64,000 nt of DNA from Treponemataceae bacterium (GTDB lineage Bacteria > Spirochaetota > Spirochaetia > Treponematales > Rectinemataceae). The stretch is from positions 576,001 to 640,000 of the forward strand of contig CAXXVZ010000003.1 of NCBI GenBank assembly GCA_963678065.2. Direction: 5' to 3'. Below, piece by piece: positions 48,013-57,373 of this stretch (positions within the stretch are counted from its first letter, which is position 1; the number at the start of each line of letters is the position of its first letter). Both the position numbers and the translations under genes were made by a program. The notes under the pieces are model-generated. The model did no database searches, had not been told where the DNA came from, and saw only the letters and a program-made list of their open reading frames with translations.

Positions 48013-49211
48013 AGAAGTATGTCCTGAAGGGAAGGATCATAGACGCCGTTTCGGACCAGGCACTGGAAAAGGGCCTCGTGTGCTTCGGAGAGACAATTGA
48101 ATACGTCGGTTCCGGGCTGGGCTTCGACATCCCCGCGGAAGCCGAGGTCATAGATGTTGGGAGCGGGACCATCCTGCCCGGATTCATCGACTGCCACGCC
48201 CACCTCACGGGAGAACAGGACTCAGGAGGCTCCGAGTTCTTCGGAGATCAGCTTCTCGGCGCCGCCTACCAGATGGGGCTCCTCCTCGACTCAGGCTTCA
48301 CAGGGCTGCGGGAAATGAGCGAGGCCGGTCTCTACCTCTCCCGCGCCGTCGAGCGGGGAGCGCTTAAGGGGCCACGCATCCTGCCGGGAGGCAAAATCCT
48401 CGGAATAACGGGCGGCCACGTGGACGCGACGCTCCACCTGTCCAAAGAGTTTTCCAACGCGCACAGTCATTCCCACCGGCTCGTGGACGGCGTCGACGAC
48501 TGCGTCCTCGGCGTGAGGGAGCAGTTCCGCGCCGGCGCCAAGTTCATAAAGATATGCGCTACCGGAGGCGTCTCCTCCCCGGGCGACCGCATCGACGACG
48601 TCCAGTTCTCCCCCGAAGAATTGAAGGCGATCGTCGACGAGACGAGGCGCCACCACGGCTACGTCGCCGCCCATTGCACGGGCAACGAAGGCGCCTTCCA
48701 GGCGCTGAAGGCAGGGGTTTCGAGCATCGAGCACGGCGTCTTCCTCACCCAGCGGGAGATCGACCTCATGGCCGAGCTCGGCGTCCCCCTCGTCACGACG
48801 CTCGCGGTATCCCTGGGGGTCGCCAATTTGCCTAATCTTCCGCCATGGATGGCGGAGAAGGCTAAGGATTGCGCCGAGGCCAACGTGAAGACCATCGCCA
48901 TGGCCAGGAAGGCGGGAGTCAGGATCGTCCTCGGCACCGATTTCGGCAATACAAAGAATTTCCCCTATCTCGACAATGGCGCCGAGTTTGTGGCCATGAC
49001 GCAGGCGGGCATGACGTCCATGGAGGCGATCGTGGCTGGCACGGCCAACGCCGCGCGCCTTATGATGGACGACCGCATCGGAAGCCTCGAGGCCGGCAAG
49101 CTGGCCGACATCGTCGTAGCGAGCGGGAATCCGCTCGAGAATATCAGCGTGCTGAAAGGCGCCCGGAACATCGCGATGCTGTTCAAGGGCGGAAAGCGGA
49201 TGAAGGGATAG
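48009..49211 (+). CDS. Amidohydrolase family (Xaa-Pro dipeptidase/prolidase-like) metallohydrolase
   Basis: LPGFIDCHAH, FIKICATGG, AAH, SIEHG, GTD and GSLEAGKLADIV motifs. Confidence 0.88.
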   Translation: MKKYVLKGRIIDAVSDQALEKGLVCFGETIEYVGSGLGFDIPAEAEVIDVGSGTILPGFIDCHAHLTGEQDSGGSEFFGDQLLGAAYQMGLLLDSGFTGLREMSEAGLYLSRAVERGALKGPRILPGGKILGITGGHVDATLHLSKEFSNAHSHSHRLVDGVDDCVLGVREQFRAGAKFIKICATGGVSSPGDRIDDVQFSPEELKAIVDETRRHHGYVAAHCTGNEGAFQALKAGVSSIEHGVFLTQREIDLMAELGVPLVTTLAVSLGVANLPNLPPWMAEKAKDCAEANVKTIAMARKAGVRIVLGTDFGNTKNFPYLDNGAEFVAMTQAGMTSMEAIVAGTANAARLMMDDRIGSLEAGKLADIVVASGNPLENISVLKGARNIAMLFKGGKRMKG

Positions 49212-49228
49212 CCGGGCGGGAGCGAATA

Positions 49229-50170
49229 ATGAACGTGATCGAAGAAAAGGAAGTATGCGAGGTCTTGTCGATGGAGACCTGCATCGAGCTCATGGAGAGA
49301 ACCCTGGCCGACCTCGCCGACGGCCGATACATTCAGCCTCCCAGGTCAGTCCTTCGCCTTCCGGGGGATGATCTCTTCGGGTTCATGCCCGCCTGCCTCG
49401 GCGAGGGCGACTACTTCGGCGCGAAGGTCATCACCGCCTTTCACCGGAACGCGGGGACCGGGTACCCGTCGCACATGGGCTACGTGATGCTCTTCGAGTC
49501 CGGGCACGGCAGTCTCGTGGCCATGGTCGACGCGACCAGCATCACCAGAATCCGGACCGGCGCGGTGAGCGCGGTCGCCACGAGGCTCCTCGCCCGCGTG
49601 GAGGCCCCGATCCTCGCTCTCGTCGGCTCAGGCGAGCAGGCTCGTTCGCATATCGAGGCCGTCAGGCTCGTGCGGAACATCGAGCGGGTCAATGTGTACG
49701 ACATTTCGGCGGAGCGGGCCCTGGCCTTCGCCCGGGAGGCGGAGGAGAAGTACGGCTTGCCCGTCCACGTGTTCCCTTCCGTCGAAGAGACGGTGCGGGA
49801 CGCGGACATCATATGCACGCTCACCCCCAGCGCCGAGCCCATCCTGAGGCTCGAGTGGGTGAAACCCGGCGCCCATGTCAACGCCGTGGGCGCCTTCAGC
49901 CCGGACAAGCGAGAGGTGAGTTCCGATCTCGTGGCGGCGTCGAAACTATACGCCGACGAGGTCGGGGCGATGAAAAGAGAGTGCGGGGAATATATCATCC
50001 CCGCCCGGGAAGGGCTCTTCGACGAGCGTCACATACAGGGATCGATAGGGGACATCATACTGGGCAGCGCCCCCGGGCGGCTGAACGAGACGGACATCAC
50101 CCTGTTCAGCGCCTTGGGACAGGCTGTCGAGGATGTAGCCTGCGCCAAGTATGTGTATCTGTGTCGGTAA
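49229..50170 (+). CDS. Ornithine cyclodeaminase / mu-crystallin family protein
   Basis: FMPA..GAKVI, TRIRTGAVSAVAT, GSGEQA, VKPGAHVNAVG and G.AVEDVA motifs; start ATG 49229. Confidence 0.9.
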   Translation: MNVIEEKEVCEVLSMETCIELMERTLADLADGRYIQPPRSVLRLPGDDLFGFMPACLGEGDYFGAKVITAFHRNAGTGYPSHMGYVMLFESGHGSLVAMVDATSITRIRTGAVSAVATRLLARVEAPILALVGSGEQARSHIEAVRLVRNIERVNVYDISAERALAFAREAEEKYGLPVHVFPSVEETVRDADIICTLTPSAEPILRLEWVKPGAHVNAVGAFSPDKREVSSDLVAASKLYADEVGAMKRECGEYIIPAREGLFDERHIQGSIGDIILGSAPGRLNETDITLFSALGQAVEDVACAKYVYLCR

Positions 50171-50254
50171 AACGCGTTGAACGTCCAGCACATGCTCTAA
50201 ACTTGCGTCGGAGCCCTGCTCTCCGTCGATGTTTGTATTCCGATGATCACACCG

Positions 50255-51325
50255 CTAATCGGACCACCTGCGGATAAACGCAAGTATTTCCTTCGCCTGG
50301 TCCATCGAAGGCGACACGATATTGAAAAACAAGCCTCGGGCAGGCACGTTCTTCTTTATCAGCTCCAGATCGGCGATTGAATAGTCTCCCCACAATATGA
50401 GGTTTTTCTTTTCCGCGATCCGTTTGAGGAAGGGCAACATTTGCCCGACATCTGGACCTCCTGAGTCCTTGTTGACTTCGATCGCTCTGAGCCCTTCGTT
50501 CGCGAGGAGTTGGTCGAGGATGAAGAACGAAGCGGGATGGAGATGGACGGCAGTGTACTCGTGGTCCCGGCAGATCGATCGGGCCGGTTCGTCGAGGAAG
50601 CTCCCGTACATTTTCGGCGACATGATCGCCGACAGATCGTCCTGGAACCAGATCGACGAGCCGGGGCAGAAAACATGGTAGAATCCCAAACATGTTCCGC
50701 CGTGAAAAGGCGGAATCTGTTTTTTCTGTTCGCGGATTACCGTCAAAAATGCCTCTGCAACCTTCAGGAAAAAGGTTTTCATTCGCTCCGGTTCGTCGGC
50801 GAGAGCGAAGACCATCTCGGTCTGGCCAAGAATGGCGCCGACGATGTCCGATGGTCCCCGCATGATGGGCATGCCAACCGTGAACCGCCCCTTCCCCAGG
50901 TCGACGAGCCTTCGGGTAAACTCCAGGTACTTTTGAAGCCAAGGATTGTCCAGATCGATACGTATGCTTTCGATCCCATCTAGAGATCGGAGACAGGAGC
51001 GGGTGGAAAAACTTTCCCCGTTTGCGTAAACCTCGCACCCGAGGATGGCTTCCATCCAGGGAATTCCTGTAAAGGGTTCGGCTGTCCAGAACCCATCCTG
51101 CCCCAATGATTCGGTTTCGGCGAACATTCGCTCGTAGTCCGAAAGAAAGTCTTCGACCACGAGCATATCAGGGGTTATCCTCTTGTTTTGAACCAGAAAT
51201 GGTTTTGCGGCCTCGAAATGACGGCTGAAGAAATAATCGCCGATTCGAAACGAAGCCGGCGGATAGGGTAGGGGCAAACGGTTCCAGTATCGTCGATGAA
51301 GATCGAGTCGGGATTCGATGGTCAT
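50255..51325 (-). CDS. URO-D/methyltransferase-like TIM-barrel protein (HLH variant)
   Basis: WMEAILGC, RGPSDI..ILG, QDDLSAIMSPKMY and VHLH motifs; start ATG 51325 after AAGGAG. Confidence 0.65.
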   Translation of the reverse strand: MTIESRLDLHRRYWNRLPLPYPPASFRIGDYFFSRHFEAAKPFLVQNKRITPDMLVVEDFLSDYERMFAETESLGQDGFWTAEPFTGIPWMEAILGCEVYANGESFSTRSCLRSLDGIESIRIDLDNPWLQKYLEFTRRLVDLGKGRFTVGMPIMRGPSDIVGAILGQTEMVFALADEPERMKTFFLKVAEAFLTVIREQKKQIPPFHGGTCLGFYHVFCPGSSIWFQDDLSAIMSPKMYGSFLDEPARSICRDHEYTAVHLHPASFFILDQLLANEGLRAIEVNKDSGGPDVGQMLPFLKRIAEKKNLILWGDYSIADLELIKKNVPARGLFFNIVSPSMDQAKEILAFIRRWSD

Positions 51326-51450
51326 GGTTGGCGCTCCTTCCGAAACGGGAGAGCTCAGATTGAGAGCGTCCCGTCCGCTTGTTTCGGGAATTACAGCATG
51401 TTGTAAATCATGGGGGCGCAGGAGTAGGTCTCCGCGCTCCCCGCCCTGAA

Positions 51451-53535
51451 TCATCCGTACAAGTGACGGCCTATGATGTGATCCTGGTACTCCGGCGCCA
51501 GCTCGCAGAAGTAGCCACTCCAGCCCCAGACGCGCACGATCAGATTGCGGTGGCGTTCCGGATGCCGGCGCGCATCCTTCAACGTTTCCACATTGAGAGT
51601 GTTCATCTGCAATTGCTGGCAGCCGGTCTGGGCAAAGCTGCGAATCAGCATGGCGACTTTATGGATGGATTCAGTGTCGCGGAAGACCGTGTCCGATAGC
51701 TCCAAAGTAATGGGACCGCCATTGCAGATCCGCCGGTAATTCAATTTCCCGAAGGTCTGCAGAATGCTGATGGGCCCTCTGACTTTGACACCGGGCGAAG
51801 GTGCCAGACTGGAGCTGAAAAACTCCCCTTTCCGGCGACCGTCCGCCGTGGCCTCCACGACCGGTTCCTGCATCGACTGAGCGCCGCGCGCCAGCCAGAC
51901 ATAATACATGGCCGAACCTGTGCCGGGACGGATCACGCGACCTCCGGATCGATCTGAGTGTTTCTCACACGCCTCGGCGAAATCATCGAATAATTGCGCC
52001 AGCAATCCATCTGCCCTGTCATCGTTGTTGCCGACTTTGGGTGCTTCTTGCTCCAGGTTGATTCGCATGTCCTCATGGTCATCGAAATTCGTACTCAATG
52101 CCTTCAGCAGCTCTTCGCCGCTGATTGTCCTTTTATCAAAGACGAAATGTCTGACAGCGCCCAGCGCGTCCGCCGCATTGGCCGAACAGGCGCCATGAAT
52201 GCCAAGGTTGTTGTAGGTGGCGCCCGTCGATAGATCGCGTCCGCGCTCCAGACAATCGCTCATCAAGACTGAATAATACGGGGCGGGCGGAAGTATTATT
52301 TTTCCGCAGCGCGACATGATCGCGTCGACTTGGTTCGAAATGTCCTCACGTGTGCGGCGAAGAATGCCGCTGAAATCATCGCCTGCGCTCAGGCCTTCGC
52401 GAATTCCTCTGTCCGCCGCAGCCGGGAAAGAAACAGCGCCAATATTGACGATATCCATGCCCCTGCCCGGAATGGAATACTCCCAACATGCAGCAACAGT
52501 ATAGTCGCGCGCATCTTCGAGCGTATAACCGTGGGCAACCAATCCGGGGATAACCACTTCGTCGTTTGAATACTGGGGAAATCCGAGCCCTTGGCGCGTC
52601 ATTTCAGAAGCCAGTTCCAACAGATCCAGGGGTGTATTGGGCGTGACACGAAGGTTGATCTTCGGATCGATCATGCTTACATCGCGGGCTACGCGAAGCG
52701 CCATGCGCGTGAGTTCATTCACCGCGTCGCTGCCATCGCGTTTCGTGCCGCCGAGCATCAGCGATTGACCATTATCGCCCTGCTGAATGCCAGGATAGAG
52801 ATCGCTGTCCTTATTAAGGCAGATAAAAAACTCCGCGAGAAGGTCCTCCGCTTCGACGGTGTCAAGCCGGCCGGATTTCAGATCCGGCTCAAGGTATGTC
52901 CACATGTATTGGTCGAACCGCCCGAGACCGACATGGTAGTTTCCGCTCAACCAGATCACGGCGCGCAAAATGACCAGAGACTGCAATGCTTCCTGAAAAC
53001 CGCGCGGCGGATTCGCGGGAACAATATCCAGAATTGCCGCGAGATCCTCTCGTCCGATTCGACGCGCCTCAACGGCGTAGCGGCCGGCCAGATCGAGAAC
53101 GGCATCAATGGTCTCGATGGCGCAGTCAAGGAATTCAACGGCCTCCGGTGTTGTGGCCATGCGCGCGCGCGTTGCTTCGGCCACACGCCTTCTCCCCGCA
53201 AGACCTTGGGAAAGGACCAATCCCCAGTCCGCGCAGACATTGCTTATGGGGCCTAATTCATGAGCATGTCCATCTTCGAACCGCGCCGCCCATTTCTCCG
53301 GCGAATCATAGGCAGGTACTGTCGGGAGTGTTCGCATAAAAACGATTTTCTCACCATCCCGGATTACAGGTTTTTCCGCTTCGCACTGCATCCGCGTCAA
53401 TAGCGACGTTCGTCGCATCCACGACAACTGCTGCTCTTCGCATTGCGCCAATACATCGGGCGAAGATTTCTGGCGAAGATACACATGCTCGCGGGCCCGT
53501 ACCCGTTCCCGCATTTCGTCTAGTCTCCGATTCAT
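51451..53535 (-). CDS. Glycyl radical enzyme (PFL superfamily), uncharacterised subtype
   Basis: FQEALQ, GRFDQY, QSLMLGG, PKINLR, Cys loop AACWE, ATADGR and Gly loop LIVRVWGWSGYF. Confidence 0.93.
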   Translation of the reverse strand: MNRRLDEMRERVRAREHVYLRQKSSPDVLAQCEEQQLSWMRRTSLLTRMQCEAEKPVIRDGEKIVFMRTLPTVPAYDSPEKWAARFEDGHAHELGPISNVCADWGLVLSQGLAGRRRVAEATRARMATTPEAVEFLDCAIETIDAVLDLAGRYAVEARRIGREDLAAILDIVPANPPRGFQEALQSLVILRAVIWLSGNYHVGLGRFDQYMWTYLEPDLKSGRLDTVEAEDLLAEFFICLNKDSDLYPGIQQGDNGQSLMLGGTKRDGSDAVNELTRMALRVARDVSMIDPKINLRVTPNTPLDLLELASEMTRQGLGFPQYSNDEVVIPGLVAHGYTLEDARDYTVAACWEYSIPGRGMDIVNIGAVSFPAAADRGIREGLSAGDDFSGILRRTREDISNQVDAIMSRCGKIILPPAPYYSVLMSDCLERGRDLSTGATYNNLGIHGACSANAADALGAVRHFVFDKRTISGEELLKALSTNFDDHEDMRINLEQEAPKVGNNDDRADGLLAQLFDDFAEACEKHSDRSGGRVIRPGTGSAMYYVWLARGAQSMQEPVVEATADGRRKGEFFSSSLAPSPGVKVRGPISILQTFGKLNYRRICNGGPITLELSDTVFRDTESIHKVAMLIRSFAQTGCQQLQMNTLNVETLKDARRHPERHRNLIVRVWGWSGYFCELAPEYQDHIIGRHLYG

Positions 53536-53568
53536 GGCCAGTTTCTCCTTCCACGGGCTAAAGCCCTG

Positions 53569-54324
53569 TCAGCAAACCCGTACCGGCACACCCAGGCGCT
53601 CGAAAGCCGCCGTGTCGGTATTCGTGGCGACCGACTCGTCAAACATGGGAGAAAATTTCATTCCACATGCAGCATATTTGCCGCCGGCAGCCCTGTTGTA
53701 GGGCAGGAGATCCGCACGCATGACACCACTGGTTCTACTGGCCAGAAGAGCTACGGCCTCCAGATTCTCCAGTGTATCGGTCACGCCGGGAACCAATGGT
53801 GTACGAAGGATGATCGGAACATGCATGGTCGATAGTATAGCCAGGTTCCGCAGAATGACTGCATTGTCCACTCCGGTGAATCGACGATGGAGTTCGGGAT
53901 CAATGATCTTGAGGTCGAAATGGACCATGGCGCAACGCCCGGTGACCTGCCGGAAATCTTCTTCGGGAGCATAGCCAGAGGTATCGAGCAGAACAGTCAA
54001 ATCGTCCAGACGATCGATAACTTCAAGCAAAAAGGCCGATTGCATCATTGGCTCGCCCCCGGAAAACGTGATCCCTCCCTCGCCGTTGCGGAGAATGAAA
54101 GCCTGTCGGTTCAGGATGGAGGCCAGTTCTTTAGCCGTGTAAAAGTCTCCGACAAGGCGTTTCCCTGCCACGGTGTGCAGCCGCTGAGGCAGTGAAGAAA
54201 GTCCTTCCGGGTTGTGGCACCAGTTGCAGCGTAGCGGGCAACCCTTCAAAAAAACCGTAGTGCGAATGCCTGGCCCGTCATGGACCGTAAATTCCCGGAT
54301 ATCAAAAACACATCCACGCACCAT
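53569..54324 (-). CDS. Glycyl-radical enzyme activating enzyme (radical SAM)
   Basis: HDGPGIRTTVFLKGCPLRCNWCHNPE, GGITFSGGEP and DTSG motifs; no ferredoxin insert. Confidence 0.95.
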   Translation of the reverse strand: MVRGCVFDIREFTVHDGPGIRTTVFLKGCPLRCNWCHNPEGLSSLPQRLHTVAGKRLVGDFYTAKELASILNRQAFILRNGEGGITFSGGEPMMQSAFLLEVIDRLDDLTVLLDTSGYAPEEDFRQVTGRCAMVHFDLKIIDPELHRRFTGVDNAVILRNLAILSTMHVPIILRTPLVPGVTDTLENLEAVALLASRTSGVMRADLLPYNRAAGGKYAACGMKFSPMFDESVATNTDTAAFERLGVPVRVC

Positions 54325-54397
54325 GAAACCGACCTTGGGTCAAAATATTTTCACACGGGCACCACTCCATGGTCATTCTACTGGTAGTAGAAAATCT

Positions 54398-54495
54398 ACA
54401 CTAGGCTTCATTTTGTAGTTAGTCAAGTAATATCACGTAAAATAACTTGACAAAATGATAATACCGGTTAATGATAACGCAAGAAAAGCGCTTTT
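54398..54495. promoter_or_regulatory. Divergent promoter region with a LacI-type palindrome
   Basis: Minus strand TTGACT(54426)-17-TAGTGT; plus strand TTGACA at 54447; palindrome AAAAGCGCTTTT at 54484-54495. Confidence 0.5.
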
Positions 54496-54609
54496 TCCAA
54501 TTCTCCTTGAGGATAGGAAGAGCCTGGACCATAGCTAATGTCGATTCGATCAGATTCGTCAGTGGAACAGTATCTCTACTGACTGCACGTCGTTCCAAAG
54601 GAAAAAAAG

Positions 54610-56085
54610 ATGCGGATTTTTGCCTGCACCCTCGCCACAGAAAGTAACATGTTCTCCCCACTTCCAACCTCGTTACGTGCATACAAAGAGTGTGTATATC
54701 TCCGCCCGGGCGAACATCCCGACGACACAGCGCTCTTTTGCACAGCGCCTCTGTGGGTTGCTCGCCATAGGGCAAAGGCAGAAGGGTTTACGCTCATCGA
54801 GGGAAGCTGTTTCGCTGCCAATCCTTCAGGGTTAACAAACCGTGCCGATTATGAGGCGATGCGCGATGAGATCCTGGCTCAGGTCAAGGCCGCTATGCCA
54901 CTCGACGGTGTGTTGCTAGGCTTGCATGGCGCGATGGTCGCCTATGGCTACGATGATGTAGAGGGCGATATCGTCGAGCGCGTGCGGGCCATTGTTGGTC
55001 CCGATTGCGTGATTGGCATGGAGCTTGATCTGCACTGCCACCTCACTCTGAAACGTGTACGGCTCACGGATATAATCATCCTTTATAAGGAATTTCCGCA
55101 TGTCGATGTCGTGGACCGAGCTGATGAGTTGCTGACTCTCGTGCAGAAGACGATTCGCAAGCAGATCAAACCGGTGATGTCGGTGTACGACTGCCGGCAG
55201 ATTGGGAGCTATCCCACGACGCTGCCGCTGATGCGCGGTCTTGTCGATAAGATAAAGGCCCTGGAAGGCAAGAACGGTGTTTTGTCCATCTCGATCGCCC
55301 ATTGCTTCCCTTACGCCGACGTCTTTGAGATGGGCGGGCGGGTGTTGGTTGTCACAGATGATGACAAAGCGATGGCGGACCGCCTCGCGACTGAGATAGG
55401 AGAGGAATTCGTCGCGATGCGAGGTCGTAGTGCACCTCAGTACTACGATGTCGACGGCGGCATTTTAGCCGCCATCGCTGTCGATGGCTTTCCGGTTGTG
55501 ATCGCCGATACTGCCGATAACCCCGGTGGGGGAGCATCGTCGGATAATACTACTATCCTGCGTCGGCTGATCGCGCGAGACGTCCGTGGGGCGGCTTTGG
55601 GCCCGATTTGGGACCCCATCGCCGTGCGGCTTTGTTTTGACGCCGGACTTGGCGCAACTTTCCCCTTGCGCTTCGGTGGCAAGACAGGTCCTGCCTCGGA
55701 TACACCCGTTGATGCCGATGTAACGGTCACGGGCCTCGCTCGCGATTGTATGCAGAGTTTCGGTCCAACACAGGTGGCGCTTGGGGACTGCGCGGCGGTG
55801 AAAGTGGGCGGTGTCGAAACCGTTCTTATCAGCAACCGCACACAAGCGTTGGGTTTGGAGCTATTCCGCAATGTTGGCATCGAACCTGCGGACCGCAAGA
55901 TCCTGGTAGTGAAATCTACCAATCACTTCATGGGAGCATTCGGACCGATCGCCAAAGAAGTGCTCTACATAGACACTGACATTGATGGACCGATCCCTAT
56001 CAACTATCACAGAATACCATACACAAAGATACAGCGTCCGATGTGGCCACTCGACGATACTACGACAACCGGCCTTATCTACTAG
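54610..56085 (+). CDS. M81 (MlrC-like) metallopeptidase/amidase
   Basis: TESNMFSP, LGLHGAM, LDLHCH, YKEFPHVD, DTADNPGGG and VVKSTNHF motifs. Confidence 0.92.
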   Translation: MRIFACTLATESNMFSPLPTSLRAYKECVYLRPGEHPDDTALFCTAPLWVARHRAKAEGFTLIEGSCFAANPSGLTNRADYEAMRDEILAQVKAAMPLDGVLLGLHGAMVAYGYDDVEGDIVERVRAIVGPDCVIGMELDLHCHLTLKRVRLTDIIILYKEFPHVDVVDRADELLTLVQKTIRKQIKPVMSVYDCRQIGSYPTTLPLMRGLVDKIKALEGKNGVLSISIAHCFPYADVFEMGGRVLVVTDDDKAMADRLATEIGEEFVAMRGRSAPQYYDVDGGILAAIAVDGFPVVIADTADNPGGGASSDNTTILRRLIARDVRGAALGPIWDPIAVRLCFDAGLGATFPLRFGGKTGPASDTPVDADVTVTGLARDCMQSFGPTQVALGDCAAVKVGGVETVLISNRTQALGLELFRNVGIEPADRKILVVKSTNHFMGAFGPIAKEVLYIDTDIDGPIPINYHRIPYTKIQRPMWPLDDTTTTGLIY

Positions 56086-56215
56086 ACCGGCGACAGGCGT
56101 TGTAGGAAAACAGGAGTGTGGAAGATGGCTGCATGAAAAAAACAAGTACTGTGGATACTACGTCTGCGCGTGGCCTATGGGTGCGCACGCAGGCGACAAC
56201 AGGAGGAGAGGAAAC

Positions 56216-57328
56216 ATGGATGGGATTCCATTTGTCAAGAATTCTGCTTCGCTGCCTTCTCCCTCACTGCTGCTCTACGAGGAAGCGATTCGTAAAAATT
56301 TTATCGAGGCGATTCGGATTGCAGGATCGGTGTCACGGTTGAGACCTCATGTCAAGACACACAAAACAGTGGAGATTTCTCGCCTCGCGATGTCCTTCGG
56401 GATCGAGAAGTTCAAGTGTGCCACGATCGCCGAAGCGGAGATGCTAGCCGCAGCCGAAGCGCCGGATATCCTTGTCGCCTATCCCCTTGTCGGCAGGAAC
56501 GCAGAACGATTTGTAGAGCTCGTGCGCCGTTATCCCCGGACGAAATTCTCCACTCTCGTCGATGCCCTAGGTCCGGCGCGAAGACTTGGTGAGTTGATCG
56601 AGGAGGCAGGTATTTCAGCAGGTGCGTTCCTCGATCTCGATGTTGGCCAACACCGCACGGGCGTCGGCCCCGGAACAGTAGCGGAAGAGCTCTACAGATT
56701 TATCTCCTCTCGCCAAGGTCTGCACCCCGCGGGGCTTCACTGCTTCGATGGCCACAATCACCAGAGTGATCTCGGAGAACGAACTGCCGCGGCTGAAGCG
56801 TGTCACGCAATCATGGACTCAGTACGTCGCCCTCTAGTAGACGCGGGAATGTCCGTGCCGGAAGTCGTCATGGGAGGGACACCTACATTCCCGTGCTATG
56901 CAAAGATGGAAGGGATAATTCTATCCCCTGGCACCTGTTTCCTCCACGATTATAGCTACGCGTCGAGTTTCCCCGACCTTCATTTTATGACCGCCGCGAT
57001 AATCCTCGCGCATGTCGTGAGCAGGAATGAAGGACTGGGTACATTCTGCATCGATCTCGGACACAAGGGTATTTCGGCTGACCCCAAGGGTTTGCGTGGG
57101 AAAATCCTCAATCTTGACGGCTGTGAACCACTATTGCAGAACGAGGAACACTGGGTCTTCAAGAAGCCCGAAGGACAATTGCCCGAAATAGGTGATGAAG
57201 TTTACGTACTCCCGACCCATATCTGTCCCACCGTCGCACTCTATGAGCGCGCGCATATCGTCGATGCAGATGATTTGTGGCGATCGGAGTGGAAAATCGC
57301 GGCGAGAGACAGGAGTATCGGCGTTTAA
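56216..57328 (+). CDS. D-threonine aldolase / DSD1-family fold-III PLP enzyme
   Basis: LRPHVKTHK (PLP Lys), CATIAEAE, HRTGV, GGTP, NEEH and HICP motifs; start ATG 56216. Confidence 0.88.
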   Translation: MDGIPFVKNSASLPSPSLLLYEEAIRKNFIEAIRIAGSVSRLRPHVKTHKTVEISRLAMSFGIEKFKCATIAEAEMLAAAEAPDILVAYPLVGRNAERFVELVRRYPRTKFSTLVDALGPARRLGELIEEAGISAGAFLDLDVGQHRTGVGPGTVAEELYRFISSRQGLHPAGLHCFDGHNHQSDLGERTAAAEACHAIMDSVRRPLVDAGMSVPEVVMGGTPTFPCYAKMEGIILSPGTCFLHDYSYASSFPDLHFMTAAIILAHVVSRNEGLGTFCIDLGHKGISADPKGLRGKILNLDGCEPLLQNEEHWVFKKPEGQLPEIGDEVYVLPTHICPTVALYERAHIVDADDLWRSEWKIAARDRSIGV

Positions 57329-57373
57329 GAGTCTTCAGAGGGTATGTTTTCATCCTGCCCATAGGAGGTAAGC

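Noticed and set aside
51451..53535. Calling the GRE pyruvate formate-lyase (pflB)
   Set aside because: It lacks the adjacent Cys-Cys pair and has CWE instead.
54610..56085. Microcystin degradation (mlr) cluster
   Set aside because: No mlrA/B/D; M81 proteins are widespread outside that pathway.
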